DNA from: Isurus oxyrinchus
Lineage: Eukaryota
Reading direction: 5' to 3'
DNA length: 64,000 bases
Assembly (NCBI GenBank): GCA_026770705.1
Contig: JANJGN010000035.1
Location: 8,866,001-8,930,000 of the forward strand
The notes below the pieces were generated by a model. The model had not been told where the DNA came from. It saw only the letters and a program-made list of their open reading frames with translations, and searched no databases. The position numbers and the translations under genes are program-made. Shown one piece after another: positions 1 to 13,044 of this stretch (position 1 is the stretch's first letter; each line of letters opens with the position of its first letter).

Positions 1-2430
1 CATGATTCTATACAGTTTTAACATAATTCATCATTTAAAATTATTCTTCTGTTCCGGTTCTGTGCCAGTTGCCACGCCCTTGTCAATTATTCACCTCATA
101 ATGCCTAAGAACGCTGATACGTGTAAAGTGAGGCGGCAGGCAACAAGACCAACTCAGTTGGAACTGAATAAGAAACTCGGTGCTGTTTCCAGTAACCTGA
201 TACACTGGCTAGCCTTCTGCCCAGCTGAAAGGCTGTGGCACCCGCACAACCAGGCATATATGGAGCTTTACGGCTCTTTTCATTCCATTTTTAAGTTGTA
301 TCTATGCTTGCATTCGCTCTTTAATTTATTTTTAACTTCCTTTTGCATTAAGGCTGTAGCCGAACTTTCTGTTTTCCCCATTTAAATGTCTCACTTCCTA
401 TTTTCCTGCTATAGTTTCAATTTTTCAATTAACTGTTCAATCTGCGAGTTTTGTGAAGGCATCTTTAAATCAATTTGAGACTTCATCAGTGTGAACAATA
501 TATCCAATTTGTCATTTTCTAAGTTTGCCATTGGATTTTTTTTTACATGTAAATTTCATGCAATTTGTGGGTTATGGTAATCCCAGCACGGAGCCATTGG
601 CAGCACTGAGTTGCCATTTCAAAGTTCTGAATAAATTAATTTCCGAATGTTACTTCCTTTCCATGCTAGCCATTTCTTTTTCTTTACATAAATTATTTTA
701 AATATATGAAACCATTGAATCAGTTCATGAATTTCTATTCATTGCACATGGAGCTTCTCTTTGTTTTGGCTCGTTTTTCACCACAGAACGTGCCATATTT
801 CCCTTAACTGTTCACATTCTTTTTCCAATCAAATGTGTTGCAGTTAGCAAGGAGGTTTAATTATAGTCCCCCATTAACTCAATTAAGGAGTAACACTTAG
901 TCTGTGTGAATAAATGATAAATATAATTTAGATTTCATTCCTGGAATCTAAATCACCCCTTTAAATCATTGGATATCATAGACATATTGAATTTGAGTTT
1001 AATTTCAAAAACGCCTCAACGCTTGACGCGATGGGGTATTTTTGAACATGCAATCATAAAAATTTCGCCGAGAAGTGGGGCGCTCATCACCTCGAGCTTG
1101 CTCAGGCAATCAAAATGATCATGGCTGATCTAATTTTAACAACAGCTTCACATTGCTGCCTACCCGCTGCAACGTTTCCCCCTGGCTTATCAATAATCCA
1201 TCTACTTCGAAATTAAGGAATTCCAAAATCTCTGCCCCTGCCACTTTTTGAGGAAGAGAACTCCAGTGTATTACAAAGGTCGGAAGGAATTTTTAAAACT
1301 CTCCATTTCTGTCTTAAATACCCGACCTCTTATGTTCAACAGTGAACTCCAGTTCTAGATTTCCCTGAAAAACAAATCCTATCGACAACCACACTGTGAA
1401 ACTCCCTTCAGGATCGTAAATGTTACAATCAAGTCGCCTCTTATAATCCTTAACTCCGCGGAAAAAAGGCCTTGCGAGTCCGGTACAAATATATACTGAT
1501 GGGCGAGGTCAATGTTGCAAATACTTTTGAGACAATTAATTACTCAATTGGATCTGCACAGTACCAATCAATCCTATTGCATGTTATCTCAATTTTGCCA
1601 GTCAAGTTGCATTTGTAAGATTTTTTTCTCAGTTAAATGACAGTGCTTTACTGCATTTATTTAAACATAATAAATGACCTGGTGCATAATATATAACTAA
1701 ATTGTTTCAAGGAAGTGAACTATTGCACGGATAATCAGCGATTGCCACAGCCTGTCACACTGAAGTTCAATAATTGTGCCAAATAAATTTCACCTCTTAC
1801 CTTGTGCTACAGACTCCGATGCCGGTTGAAAATGTTGTGCGATATTAATGTCATGCTTTCAGCAGTTAACACACAATGGGTAAAGTTCAGTCAGAGCTTA
1901 AAGTCATAAAGGCGACCTTTAGAATGTTCTTCAAAATGGCCCTTTGCATGTTGTTATCTGATACAGATATTGAAGTGAATGATATGCAGGCTCCTCAAAA
2001 TGAAAGTTTCTGATCATTTTGTTATCCTTCGTATGGAATATGCTGAATGTGTATGCCGAATGTACACAGAATGTACATGAAACAATAGTTTCTGCCATCT
2101 CGGATTCAGTTTGGATCAAACTTAAAACGTGTTCTAAAATTTGAATAATCATGCGCCCTCAAAGAAATGGCGTTCCTCATCTGCAAAGTTATTTATTAAC
2201 ATAATGCAACAGGATGCAGATAGCATGGGGCAAAGGTTACTGCTGAATCATTTCAAGAAAAAGAGCAAACAGGTTGAGTTTGCATTCAACTATCTTAATT
2301 GCCTCATTATATGATAAGAGCAGTTTTCGTTTTGCTGTTTCCTGCTGGTCAGATCAAGGTCATTTCAAGTATCTGAAAACCTAACAATTTCAGATATGGA
2401 GGAAATGTGCAATGAGAAGAAAGTTTCACC
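1..2430 (-). pseudogene. Decayed plexin-type cytoplasmic (RasGAP-fold) domain, downstream copy; runs off the window edge; interrupted by a CR1 fragment at ~1085-1480
   Basis: Manual minus-strand translation gives motifs in the same order as plexin cytoplasmic domains. In order: 'LNANSTCLLFFLK..CIMLIITLQ' (~2300-2180; cf. LINNKVFLLSFIR..ASLIMTVLQ); 'LIQTESEMAETIV' and 'EEPAYHSLQYLYQITTCKGPF' (ORF 1931..2152; cf. [32 protein letters not shown]); 'KVAFMTLSSD' (cf. KAKYTLND); 'HKLHEIYM..LENDKLDILFTLMKS..IEQLIEKIETIAGK' (~570-405; cf. [36 protein letters not shown]); 'IYAWLCGC..IRLLETAPSFLFS' (~262-165; cf. [20 protein letters not shown]). Many stops and frameshifts. Confidence 0.7.
1085..1480 (-). 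mobile_element. CR1 LINE 3' fragment
   Basis: Reverse complement resembles the CR1 ORF2 C-terminus/3'UTR seen elsewhere in the window (gatcatggctgatct, gaggaagagaactcca, tctgtcttaaat). Confidence 0.65.
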
Positions 2431-2439
2431 AAGTCAGCC

Positions 2440-3130
2440 TTACATTTATGCTCTCCTGCCGGCGGGTTTGTCACTTGGCATATCAGTGTAAGTTGTTCTA
2501 ATTGGGTTCCTAACGGATTCCCAACTGCCCTGTACTCGCAGTAATTTTAGGCTGTGGTGCGCTCAAACTGCAGCTGGGTCTCTTAAATGTCAAGTTGGTG
2601 ACCACTTGAGGGCCAAAATCCATCTGCTCTCATTTCTTTGGCTGGCGGCTGGAATTACGAGCTTTGGGGCCAGTCCCACAATACCTGGCTTTATGCCTGG
2701 AGTGGGAGGTGGTGGGGTGGCTACGAACAGAAGCCCTGCTTTTAACTTCAGCACCACTCCCGCTTCATATCCGGTAGCCGTTGGACCTACAGACTCCAAC
2801 ACCCGTACCCTGTCCACCCACAGGCCAAATCTCTTCCTGGCCAAAACTGACAACTTTGATTGAGGCTCGGAAATTTATGTTTTACTGGAAACCTGGGAGT
2901 TAGGATCCTCGTACCGGAAACAGTCCTAGTGAGGTCCACTGCAACTTCATTTGAAGCTGCCTCTGAAGTCAGTGAGCCAGGGATTTCCCCATTGAGGCCG
3001 GAAAATAACCAATGCTGACTGCAGTGTGAAATGACATGGGCGCAGATAGATTCAATGGGGATGTGCGCACCAACAACTCTCTGGATGGTGGGAGGTGAAA
3101 AACGCCATCATAAAAATGCTTGCCACAAGG
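2440..3130. mobile_element. Probable non-autonomous PIF/Harbinger-derived element
   Basis: GC-richer island with Harbinger-like subterminal motifs and no coding signal; boundaries approximate. Confidence 0.3.
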
Positions 3131-4379
3131 TAAAAAAATAGTAGCGTGAAAAAGGGGTGGCAAGAAGTTAAAAGAAATCAGCATCCAACGGATCAGGTCC
3201 TCACAGGCCATTGCTGCAGCAATAAAGAGTTGCGTTTGAGGCCAAAAGCGGGCGGAAGTTCAGGGCTCAGAATATACCTTAGCCAGCTTCCCCTTCACTC
3301 CTCGCAATGTCTGGAAAGTGTCAACGGCAGCTACCAGGACTGAGGATAAAGAGATAAACCCTGGTCCTAGCAGGTAATTCCAAGTTCTGGGACTGTGTTT
3401 ACGAGCTTTCAGGAGATGCTGTGTGTGCAGGGAATGTGTGTGATCAAGATGGGTAGCTTGAGGTATAAACGGTGTTCAGGCTAACGAGAGAGGGGTATCC
3501 CACGATGGGCAAACTGCAGGATCTGAAGAGCGACCTGCATTCATTTCCGGCCTTTAACCTTTAACCAAATTCGTTGAGGATTGGAAGGCTACTGATTTCT
3601 TAACCCACCCTCAACACCATTTATGCGGATGAGATTAATTGGCCCAACACTCGCAGCATGGCCACAATCGCGGGCGGCTTTTGGCTCCAAAATCACTCTG
3701 ACAGCCCCGTCCACGCCAGTACTGCTAAGAGAAAATTTATGCCACGCTGGCGGCTGAGCACCAAAACGGATGTGACGCCAATAGCATGACATGACATCCT
3801 CTGAAATTTGCGCCATCATCCCGTAAGCACAAAATTTTGAGGTCTGCTTTCACATGCGGAAATCGGAGCAGTGCATCAACATCAATTAAGAGGCCACGGA
3901 AGACCAATAAAAACACAATTGAAGCAGATTTGTCTTTACCCGTGCATTTTCATACATATCATACAGGCAAAAGGGCAGCTCACATTTTGCAAAAACCTCA
4001 TTCAAGGGCCCGGTTAAAAAAGCAATAGCATCCCCAGCATTATTACTGAGGAGCACTGGAACTAGTTTGCTGATGGTTGTTTATTTGAATTTTACTGTTC
4101 ATCTCCGTTCAAAGCTTAATTCCTTGCATTCCGAGGCTTCAACAGAGGACACAATTGTGCCCACGAAGCTCCCCGACTATATCGGGCTTCTGTTAAATTG
4201 GTAATGGGGATGGTTGTCTCAACGTGTAGGACTTCTCCTGAGAAGGAAGAAAGGGTTAGAAGTGCCTGCACATCAGTTGCCACAAAGATGCTTCTGCAGA
4301 AAATAGCTATGGGATGAGTGGCATAGATATAAATCGAGCAGTGCCAACAGGTAATCCAAGGCCGAACGGGCAGCAGAAG

Positions 4380-5330
4380 ATGCAAGTCTACATCTGCATT
4401 GGTTTATAGCAATGCAGCTACGCCAATATGTCCGGGGTGCAATTCTGACGAGGCCACGACCTCCAGGGAGAGCATGACCTCTATTTGACAGTTATTGGGC
4501 ATGAGTAATCTCCAACTGTTTGAGCGAAAAAATCTATGTGTATGGATCTGAAGATCAAAATGAGCGGCAACCATTATGCCTCTGGTTCTTTCGAGGGGCC
4601 ATTGCGGGATCATCGGGGAGTCTCTCAGTCAGCCGACCACTGTTGTGTCAAGCTGGCTGCAGGACCTCTTTTCAGGTGGTTAATGACATTAATTTATTTC
4701 CATACGGACGAGGGCTGCCAGGCTGAGCGAGCAAATTGCTTTGCAGTGATTGCTCGAATTCCCGACATTCAATGTTCCATCCAATGCACACATGTGGCAA
4801 TCAAGGTGCCAGCAGACCTGTCGTGTGCCTTCATCAACAGTGATGGATTCCCAATGATTAACGTCCCGATAGCTTGTGGCCACAGGACACTTGTTGTGCA
4901 AGTCTGCACATGATATCCAGATTCCTTGTATGACGCTTATATCCTGAGAAGCTGCCAGTTTCCGAGGTTGTTCAGTGTTCAAGCATGACTGGATGTTGGA
5001 TGCTGGTTGACATGGGCTATTTCATTCGGTTGATTATGACGGCTCTCTGCTATTGAAGAGCAAACACAGGGCTGCGTTTTAATAGGAGTCATGCTTCGAC
5101 CATAGCTGTTTTGGGGAGGACCATAGGCCTTCTGTGGTTGTGCATCCTATGCCTGGTCTGTTCAGGAGAACAAAACAAAAACCCCGAGTGTGGCTGGTAT
5201 AGAACGTGTGTCAATGCTGCTCCCTCCTCAATCTGGAACTAGCAATGGGAAATAATGGGGGTGGGCACCCTGGACAAACCGTAAGTGGACACAGCTCAAC
5301 CGGCTACAGTGGCTAAATCCAGTAGTGAGC
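4380..5330 (+). mobile_element. PIF/Harbinger DDE transposase remnant (HARBI1-like)
   Basis: ORF 4536..4913 reads YASGSF..GVSQS..QAERANCFAVIARIPDIQCSIQCTHVAIKVP..FINSDGFPMINV, and continues *YPDSLYDAYILR. This matches Harbinger transposase motifs (YASGSFQ, IDCTHVAI, NRKGFHSINVQ, YPGSxHD); catalytic residues are degenerate. Confidence 0.85.
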
Positions 5331-5769
5331 CAAAAGAGGTGAATGGTGATTGGAACACGGAGGAAGTACGGGCAAAACTCTGTAGCCTTCGGGGAGGCTG
5401 CAATATCCACAACAAATTAATCTAAATCTTTTTCAGCTAGACTGCCAAAGATCGGTTTGCACCTTATTGTGGTTCTGCTGACTCCATTCGACATGTCTGA
5501 TTTGACATTTTCTTTTGAATCTGAAGTCCACTCAGTACTGTTGACAGTGCTGGAGCATTACATATTGACGTACACTGCACCAAAACAGGAACAAAGTGAA
5601 CTATACTCACACTATTGTGACAAACGCAGAATCTCTCCCATTTTGACAATGGAAAAAGAAAATAACCTAACGTTGTTGGTCTTCAGTCCCACGCGAGTAA
5701 ACATAAGCTAAATATTAGAGAAAGCAGATTCAGCCTCTTATGCTTATGCTGCTTTAAAATTCAGTATGT

Positions 5770-8700
5770 GAGTGCCAAATCTTGATACCACACCGCCACC
5801 TTGCTGGCAGCATCATTGGAAGAAGCGTGTTGAATACGTTGACTTCTTGGCCTTAATATGCATGACGGTCGGCCTCAGGCGATTGGAGCCGGTGCTGTTG
5901 CCCCCTCATAGAAAGCAGCCATTGTCACAGCTAACATCGCCTCAGTCACTGCAAATTTATTAGATGCAAAGGTTACTGGCAGAGGGGCGGAAGAGCTGCT
6001 GCTCTTTCAGATTGCTCTTGGAGGCGCCCACAGAGAAGACAAGCAGCTCGTGACGCCAAAGTGAGGTCACCCATGGCATCGTTGGTCACCACTGATGGAC
6101 GAGTACCTATCATGCATAACGGATGCCTCATGCATCCTCCACACTGGCAATGACCAGCACGGGCATTTGACTGTCAGACGTCCTACAGATCCGACTGGCA
6201 ACCCAGGGAACCCCTGAATCTGTTCCTGATGTACCAATGCACACATACCCTCATGGAAATATGCGATCTCTTCCTGCAATTCCCCCTGGAGATCCAGCAT
6301 CTGCCGCCTAATGAATGAATCCGGAAGCTCATAATTTCCAATTGACTGAACTTCGCCCTGGTCTCCAGCAGTCCTCTGTCTGCCTGCACCCTGGTGTCTG
6401 TTTGTCTCCCCTGGCAATTCAAGCTAGGGTGAATTTCCCAAAATGCTATGAACAAGCATTCTAGCCGGGGGCCCAATGCCCATCGAAGACATCGTATTTC
6501 TACTGATACAGAGAACAGTTGTGACAGTGGTCCATCTGAAAATCCTGTGATTCCCTGGCATCAATGTTGGCACTTCGGGATCCTGTAATTGCCCCTTTGC
6601 TGGTGAATCTAAAGAGTTATCTAGAGGAATACAGAGGAACATCAGACAGAAATAGAAAGCTTTCGATAGGCACAAAGAAATGAGCAATGCAGATAACCAA
6701 GACAAAATATCAGAGTGCAGGGTGGAAGTAAAAAAGCCTGTAAGGAAATAAAAGAGGTTGCATGAAAAATGATTAGTCAAGTAAATTTAAATATAACTGA
6801 AGGAACATTTACAAATACATTAATGCTAAAAGGTAAGTTAAGGAATGAGTGGGGCCTATCACATATGAAGATGCAAATTGTTTTTATATGCAGAGGTTGT
6901 AGGAAAGGCTTTGAATGAATGTCTTGTCTCCGTGTTAACAAAAGAAATGGAGGATGCAGATATACTATTCCAGCAGGAACACTGTGAGATATTAGATGGA
7001 TAGTGATATAAAGAGAGGAAGTACTGGGAGGGTTGAAATCTGTGAATGTTTATTCGTCACCAGGGACAGATGGATTTTATTCGAGACTGAAAGAAGTCAG
7101 GCAGGAGATATCAGATGTTCTGAAGATGATTTTCCAATCTTCACTAGATACAGGGAAGGTACTGGTGGAGTGGAGAAATGCACAAGTAGTTCCATTGTTA
7201 AAAAGGGGATCAATGGAAATGCTGAACAATTGTCTTACATCGACGCTGAGCAAGTTAGTAACATCGACCCAGAGAGATGGGATTAACTCTCATGTGGAAA
7301 GGCACCAACGACTCACAGATGGTCAGTATGGATTTGCTAAGGGAACGTCTTGCTTCACAAATTTGATTGAATTATTTGATGAAGTGACAAGAAGTGTTGA
7401 TCAAGATAATGTAGTGGATGTTGTGTACAATGATATTACCAAGCCATTTGACAAGGTCCCGAATGGCAGATTGGTGAAGAAAATAAAAGTCCATGGTGTT
7501 CAGGGTAATGTGAGAAACTGGATAAAAGATTGGCTTTCCAACAGGACACAAAGTGTAATGGTCGATGGAAACCCTTGAGAATAGAAAGTTCTTTCAAGTG
7601 GTGTTCCACAGGCCTCGGTTTTGGGACCATTGCTGTTTCTGTTATAAATTAACGATTTGGCTGTGGACGTGGGGTGACGAATCGGAAAGTTTTAGATGAC
7701 ACAAAGATTGACCAAGTAGTGTACAGTTTAGAGCATAGCCATAACCTCCAAAACAATATATATATATTTTAGTAGGGTGGGTCGTAAAGCGCCAGATGGT
7801 TTTTAACATAGAGAAGTGTGAAGTCATACATTTAAGGAGGTCACACAATTACGTGGATTACACAGTAATGGGAATATAAGTGGTAGATGAAGTGAGAGAT
7901 CTTGACGTACAAGACAAGTCCCTGAAGGCAGCACTTCAAGTAGACAAGGTTCTAATGAAGTCCAATGGATTGCTCTCCTTCATTGGCAGAGGTACAGAAT
8001 TCAAAATTAAGGATATAATGTTGGAATTGTGGAAAACATTGGTGAAGCCACAACTGGACTATGTTGAGCAGTCCTGGTCACCTTACTACTGGAACGACGT
8101 AACATCTCTGCAAAGACTGCGAGATGGTTTACAATAATGCTTCCAGATTTAGAACCTCGAAGCTACGAGGTGGGCTTGGATATGTTGGGGTTATTTTCCT
8201 TAGAACAAGGAAGGCTGAGAGGTGGCTTGATTGAGGTACACAGAATTATGTGGGGATTAGATAGAAAAGCCAGTATAAAATTGTTTCCCTTGATGAAGAA
8301 TTATAGAACCACGGAACATAGATTCAAGATAAGTTGCAGAAGGTGTAAGGGGGTTATGAGGAGGAGCTTTTTTTACACAGAAGCTAGTGGGTGTCTGGAA
8401 TTCGCAGCCCGAGTTGGTGGTATAGGCAGAAACGCTAAGCACCTTTAAAAAGTACCTGGATCTTCATGTTAATTGCCGTAAGTTGCAAAGCTCTGGGTCC
8501 GGTGCAGGAAGTTGGTTTTAGAAATGGCTTCTGGGTATCCTCGGGCTGGCATGTACAGGATGGCCCAAATTATCTCCTTCTGTGCTATAACTTTCATGCG
8601 TTCTATGTTTCTAAACAGGAGAATACCATGTGACTGCTATAAGCCATCATAATGTCAATGTGCATGCCAGGTGCCCTGGTAAGAAAATGTGAATATGCAT

Positions 8701-9760
8701 CAGGTGGCATCGCCCTTCACTGTTGAAATGCTGAGACTACACAAGAATGCTTGCACTACCTGACACATTCATGTTTTGCAATGCACAGTTAATGTCGTCT
8801 AGCCTGTCCTAGATCGTTTGACAGAGGTTCAAGGCACCTACCGAGCTGCAAGGCATCTTGCTCTCACGTGGCTAGGACAAGGAATTTTATGGGGCTTCAT
8901 CTCGTCCGTGATTTGCAATGCATTTTTCGATCATGTCTTGAGAAAAGGACAGTGGAGCAGGAATTTGACGACTCACGACGTTCAGTGCCATTGCAACTTG
9001 GCCAATGCTCCTGAGGAAGGCATTGCAGAATTCATCTGTGTCATGATTCTCAATCCGCAAGCCACTAAGGCCAAACAGCAAGTGCTCAGCCCTTTGCCAG
9101 TCTTGGCATCACTAAGTGCTGGCGCTCAGACTCTATCACATCTGATCACACGGCGGGGGCTGGTGGCCTGCCAGCCCTTAACATTTCATGCACTGATTCA
9201 TGTGATCTCAATGCTTATTTTCGGCATGTGCAGCAGGTTAGTTAATACTTCTGTGTCAAGGCACCCATTTGTCCAGCATAATATCATGGCTGCTGATCTG
9301 TTCTGCTACCTCCTCCCAAGCTCATTTTGCTGGGAGCAGTGGACTTCCATTTCCTTCAATATGGAGAAGTCTATTCCACATGGCATCCACCTTGTCCAGA
9401 AGGACCTCGACATTATCATCATGAAACCAGGTGGCCGAGTGTCCTATGCACCTGCACTCCCGACTATCACTGCTTCTTTGTTCGCAAGCAGATGACATGG
9501 TCTTCCTTGGAAGCCCTCAAAGGGCATCTCTGCCGCTTATAAACTGGCCTCCAGGCGGCCATTTGACCCGGCGGCCCACAGGTCACCACCCCCAGCAGAC
9601 CTGACCGCCCATTGGAAATCACCTTTCATGCATGGCGGCCATTTATTAGCTAGCCAGTTAGTAATAGCCCTGGGCATTCGATCGTGTGCTGCAGCCAGTT
9701 TCCTGGCAGGTCAAGAGTCTTCCGATTGTGCCTTTCTGCTAAGGGTAAAAATTAATCCTT
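5770..9760 (-). mobile_element. Harbinger second-ORF (Myb/SANT-like) arm, split by a nested CR1
   Basis: Minus strand ~9440-9370 reads 'ATWFHDDNVEVLLDKVDAMWNRLL' (cf. APRFSDxxLExLLxxV) and ORF 8887..9081 has 'IGQVAMALNVVS'. It is convergent with the transposase, with a TIR-like 'ggtaaaaattaatcc' near 9745-9760. Confidence 0.5.
6640..8612 (+). mobile_element. CR1 LINE, 5'-truncated (RT and 3' end), comparatively well preserved
   Basis: ORFs 7033..7578 (SPGTDGF..WRNAQVVPL..QYGFAKGTSCFTNLIE..DVVYNDITKPFDKVP), 7880..8137 (KTLVKPQLDY..WSPY) and 8137..8448 (LGLFSLEQGRLRG). Ends in a ttctatgtttct-type tail. Confidence 0.95.
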
Positions 9761-10089
9761 AAATTTGCAACATTTAGGTGTGGATTTTACTGCCCACATC
9801 GGAGTACTTCAAGACAGAAGTTTGGGGTTTTGAAAGGTCAAGTACCAAGTAAAGTGTGGTTGTCAAACTAATGCCTACCGGTCCGCTCCCAGCTGTCCCT
9901 CATGATATAGCGGGCGGGTAGGGCACGACCTCAGGCCTTTTGAATCTCTTGTTGAAGTCCACTCAAGGACATGATTGTTTCTTTGCGGCAAATAACATGT
10001 ACGCTGGGGGAAGGTGGAAGGCTGCTTGCCAATGCACAACTCTAAAAACTCAGCTGAAAGACGGGTAGGAAGTATTAGTCAACTGGGTG

Positions 10090-10945
10090 TGAAACACTTT
10101 CAGTCTGTCAACAAGCAAGACCCATACCTTTCTGTTGCTTGCATTTCAACGCACCAGCCTGCTCTCATGCCCACATATACATCCTTGGCCTGCTGCAATT
10201 TCCACTGAGATCTAAAGCAAAGTGGAGGAACGGCACCTCATCCTCGGCAATGCACTGCCTTACCTTTGGCAACAAATTCAGACCATGAATGCTTCCGTCT
10301 GTCTTCACCCCTTTTCAAATGTTGTTTAACTTCATGTTTATTTGTTATATTTTTCATTGCTATCATTTTATTCATTTATTCATTTTATCTACTTTCCTAT
10401 TTGTTTGACCCTTTTCCGCCTACCAACATGCTCTCGAAACACCACCGCCCCCGACCTCCCCACCCACAACCCTCAAGCATAGGGCCACATTCATTTGTTT
10501 TTATCAGTTATTTAACAAAGTGATGATACATGTTCTTCAATTAGCATAATCAGCTTTCACATTCTGTGCCAATATTACCATCTTCTTTAGTCTTCACCAC
10601 TGCCATTGTCACTCCTTTTGTCTTGTATGCATGACATGTATGTCAATCTCTCCTACACTGCGATCAATCGCTGACCTTTCACCTTGCTTTATCTGTTCCC
10701 CTGCAAGCAACACCCCCCCCCCACCCCCACCCCTCCCCCACCCACCCCCCCCCCACCCCCCGCCAGATACCAGCCTCCAACACAACAGTACTAATATTAT
10801 CTTAGTTTGACTTCTCTTCAGCTAGGAATAATGGTACGGACTCGATACATTAACTTGTTTCTATATGCTGAGGTGCTGTCAGACCTGCTGAGTGTTTCCA
10901 CAAATTACTGTTTCTTATTTCGGATTACCACCATCCACAACTTTT
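10090..10945 (+). mobile_element. Penelope-like element 3' part (GIY-YIG C-terminus and terminal repeat)
   Basis: 'gtggaggaacggcacctcatcctcggc' resembles LEEQHLIFRLG. A pyrimidine-rich UTR follows, then terminal 'gctgtcagacctgctgagtgtttcca', which is shared with the 18590 and 22613 elements. Confidence 0.7.
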
Positions 10946-11279
10946 TCTCTTTTTTAGAGTTTTGAAGGTCTTTGAGTGTTCGCCTGTGCTTATCGGGGCA
11001 ACTCTGTCCATAGTGTGTCCTATAACTCGTCCCCTATAACTGGACAGCGATGCCTCCGCCCCACAGGCACCACCCCCATTGTAAAAATGGAAAATGCTGA
11101 GAAATTTCTGTCGGTCATGCATGAATAGTCCAGGAAAATAAACTTTACTTTCAGGGAAATGATCTTCCTTCAGAACTTAACAAATATAAAAATGCGATCG
11201 TTTTCAACTATTGTGATGGCACAAGCAAAGGGAAAAGAAAACGGTAGGTCTCTGAATGGCGGAGCGCAATAGAGGTTAC

Positions 11280-12500
11280 AATGGAAATGTGAGTTTCGAA
11301 TCGGACACGAGCTTAAGGATTTTGTGCATTTGAATTTTCCAAACAGAGACAGCCAAAACTGTGTTAAATGAGGCTATCCATGGAAAGGTTCAATTGTCAA
11401 TTACTGGTAATTACCAGCGATGTGAATAAATTGTGGAACAAATCGAGTGACCTGCTCTTATTTCGAAGCTATTGCATATGATTTGTTCAATCATATATAG
11501 CTGAGTTGCAGGAAAATGAATCTATCACTGGGGGGGTGGGAGGGGGAGGTGAGCATAATTTTAAACGAATGATATTTACGGTTTTTTGTCAAGACTTTGC
11601 AAGAGCTGTTTTGCAACTCAAAGAATTTCAGGGGAAGGAACGTGATGCGAAATTGGGCAAAAAATATTGTTTTGCAAAATTTATGTTCTGTTCTGTGTCT
11701 AGTCTAAAATACATTTTCAAGTTTGGAAACATATTGCTGAGTTTATTTCAGAATTGTCAGAAGTTCAATAGAAGCCAATCTTTTTCTTTAAACCTGAATT
11801 TCAATGTTCCTGTAATTACTATTTCCTGGACTTGTCCTAATGCTAAGTGGTTTCCGGGCGTGAGCCTTCAAAAAGCCGAAAGATGGCAGCGTCTCACGAG
11901 CTGTAACTGTATACTTCTTCAATTTTCAAACATTGATTCGAGCAGAAAGGGAGAATTAGGGGCGTCATTTCGACGATTTTGCATGTGTCTGTGACAGACA
12001 AGTAGAGCTGCAGGACCGACCTGCCGACGCAAGATAGAGCTTCGTAGTTAGTTTCATGTTTTCACAGCTGGAAGTCACATTAGAGTGAAGAATTACAAAA
12101 TTAAATGTTTCAAAGTGGGAATGTAAACATGGACATTTTATGAAAAAATACTGTTGTACTTTGAAAGATCAACACATCTGGTCACATCCCAAATATAGTA
12201 AGATTAACTCTACCTAACTTAGTTTTTCAGTACATTCCTAGGGCCCATACACCCTTGAATTAACTTAACATATTGATATATTATGCAAATTTCTTAGGAT
12301 ACAAACATATTGTCAAAACTCAATTCATCCGCCTGTATGCTGGTATGCTTTGCAATGGATTCAGCTCTTGCAATTATTCCAAGATAATGTGAATCCACAG
12401 ACAATCCAGGAGGCAGCAAGTTACATGCATGGTGTGATCACGTATACAGCTGGCAACATCATGATACACCTCCAATACCTTTGTGCTATTTGGCAAGATC
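11280..12500 (-). pseudogene. Decayed plexin-type cytoplasmic GAP domain (continuation of the 16780-16350 transmembrane segment after the Gypsy/CR1 insertions)
   Basis: Motifs in plexin order: 'YHDVASCI' (cf. RGNVASLI); 'GIIARAESIAKH' (12380-12345; cf. [12 protein letters not shown]); 'FKVYGP*ECTEK' (cf. KGPIDAITGE); 'GQVQEIVITGTL' (11835-11801; cf. [12 protein letters not shown]); 'PNLKMYF' (cf. LAIKYMF). Confidence 0.6.
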
Positions 12501-12869
12501 ATGATAAACGGTTTACTCCCTCTGCTGTCACCTCTGCCCCGCATGCCACCTTTCCCGCTTCTCTGCGCCCGCCTCTCAAAGCACTGGGGCTTTTGAAAGT
12601 TGCCTGTTTAAATATGCATTTTTTACTGTCTCGTTCTTCTGCATTGTTGTCGGATTAGGAGGTAATTTCAAGATTTTTTGGCCAACTTACGACAAAAAAT
12701 TTGATTTAATTTCCATTCTCACTTTATCGCTGAAATAGCTGTACCCTGCCAAACAGCTTGAACAACAGAGTGACCACAATTATATATGGCGATTATAAAT
12801 AAGAGATCCACTGAGGGAGCAATAACTTATTTACTGAATAAGTTTCCTGGAAAGCCGGCCTGCCAATAG

Positions 12870-12906
12870 TGTGTTTTGTGCGTGTTTGTGTGTTTGTGTG
12901 TTTGTA

Positions 12907-12977
<71 letters not shown>

Positions 12978-12992
12978 CTGAGAGAGTGTGCA
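12870..12992 (+). repeat. Compound (GT)-like/(GA)n microsatellite
   Basis: Direct observation; long (GA) run from ~12910. Confidence 0.95.
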
Positions 12993-13044
12993 TGTGCCTC
13001 TGTTTGTGCAAGCTTTTTTTACAGAGCATCCAGATTCTCTCAGG

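Noticed and set aside
2-385. 127-aa plus-strand ORF (likewise 11506..11994 and 20607..20867)
   Set aside because: Antisense shadows of the decayed minus-strand coding sequence; no recognisable domain.
1801-2180. Discrete 380-bp exon bounded by cag| and |gtaag
   Set aside because: Plexin-like homology continues upstream past the putative acceptor, so the AG is probably coincidental; the donor at 1801 could be real but cannot be shown.
8818-9495. Longest ORF in the window (225 aa)
   Set aside because: Antisense to the Harbinger Myb-like remnant; non-ATG start; no protein family signature.
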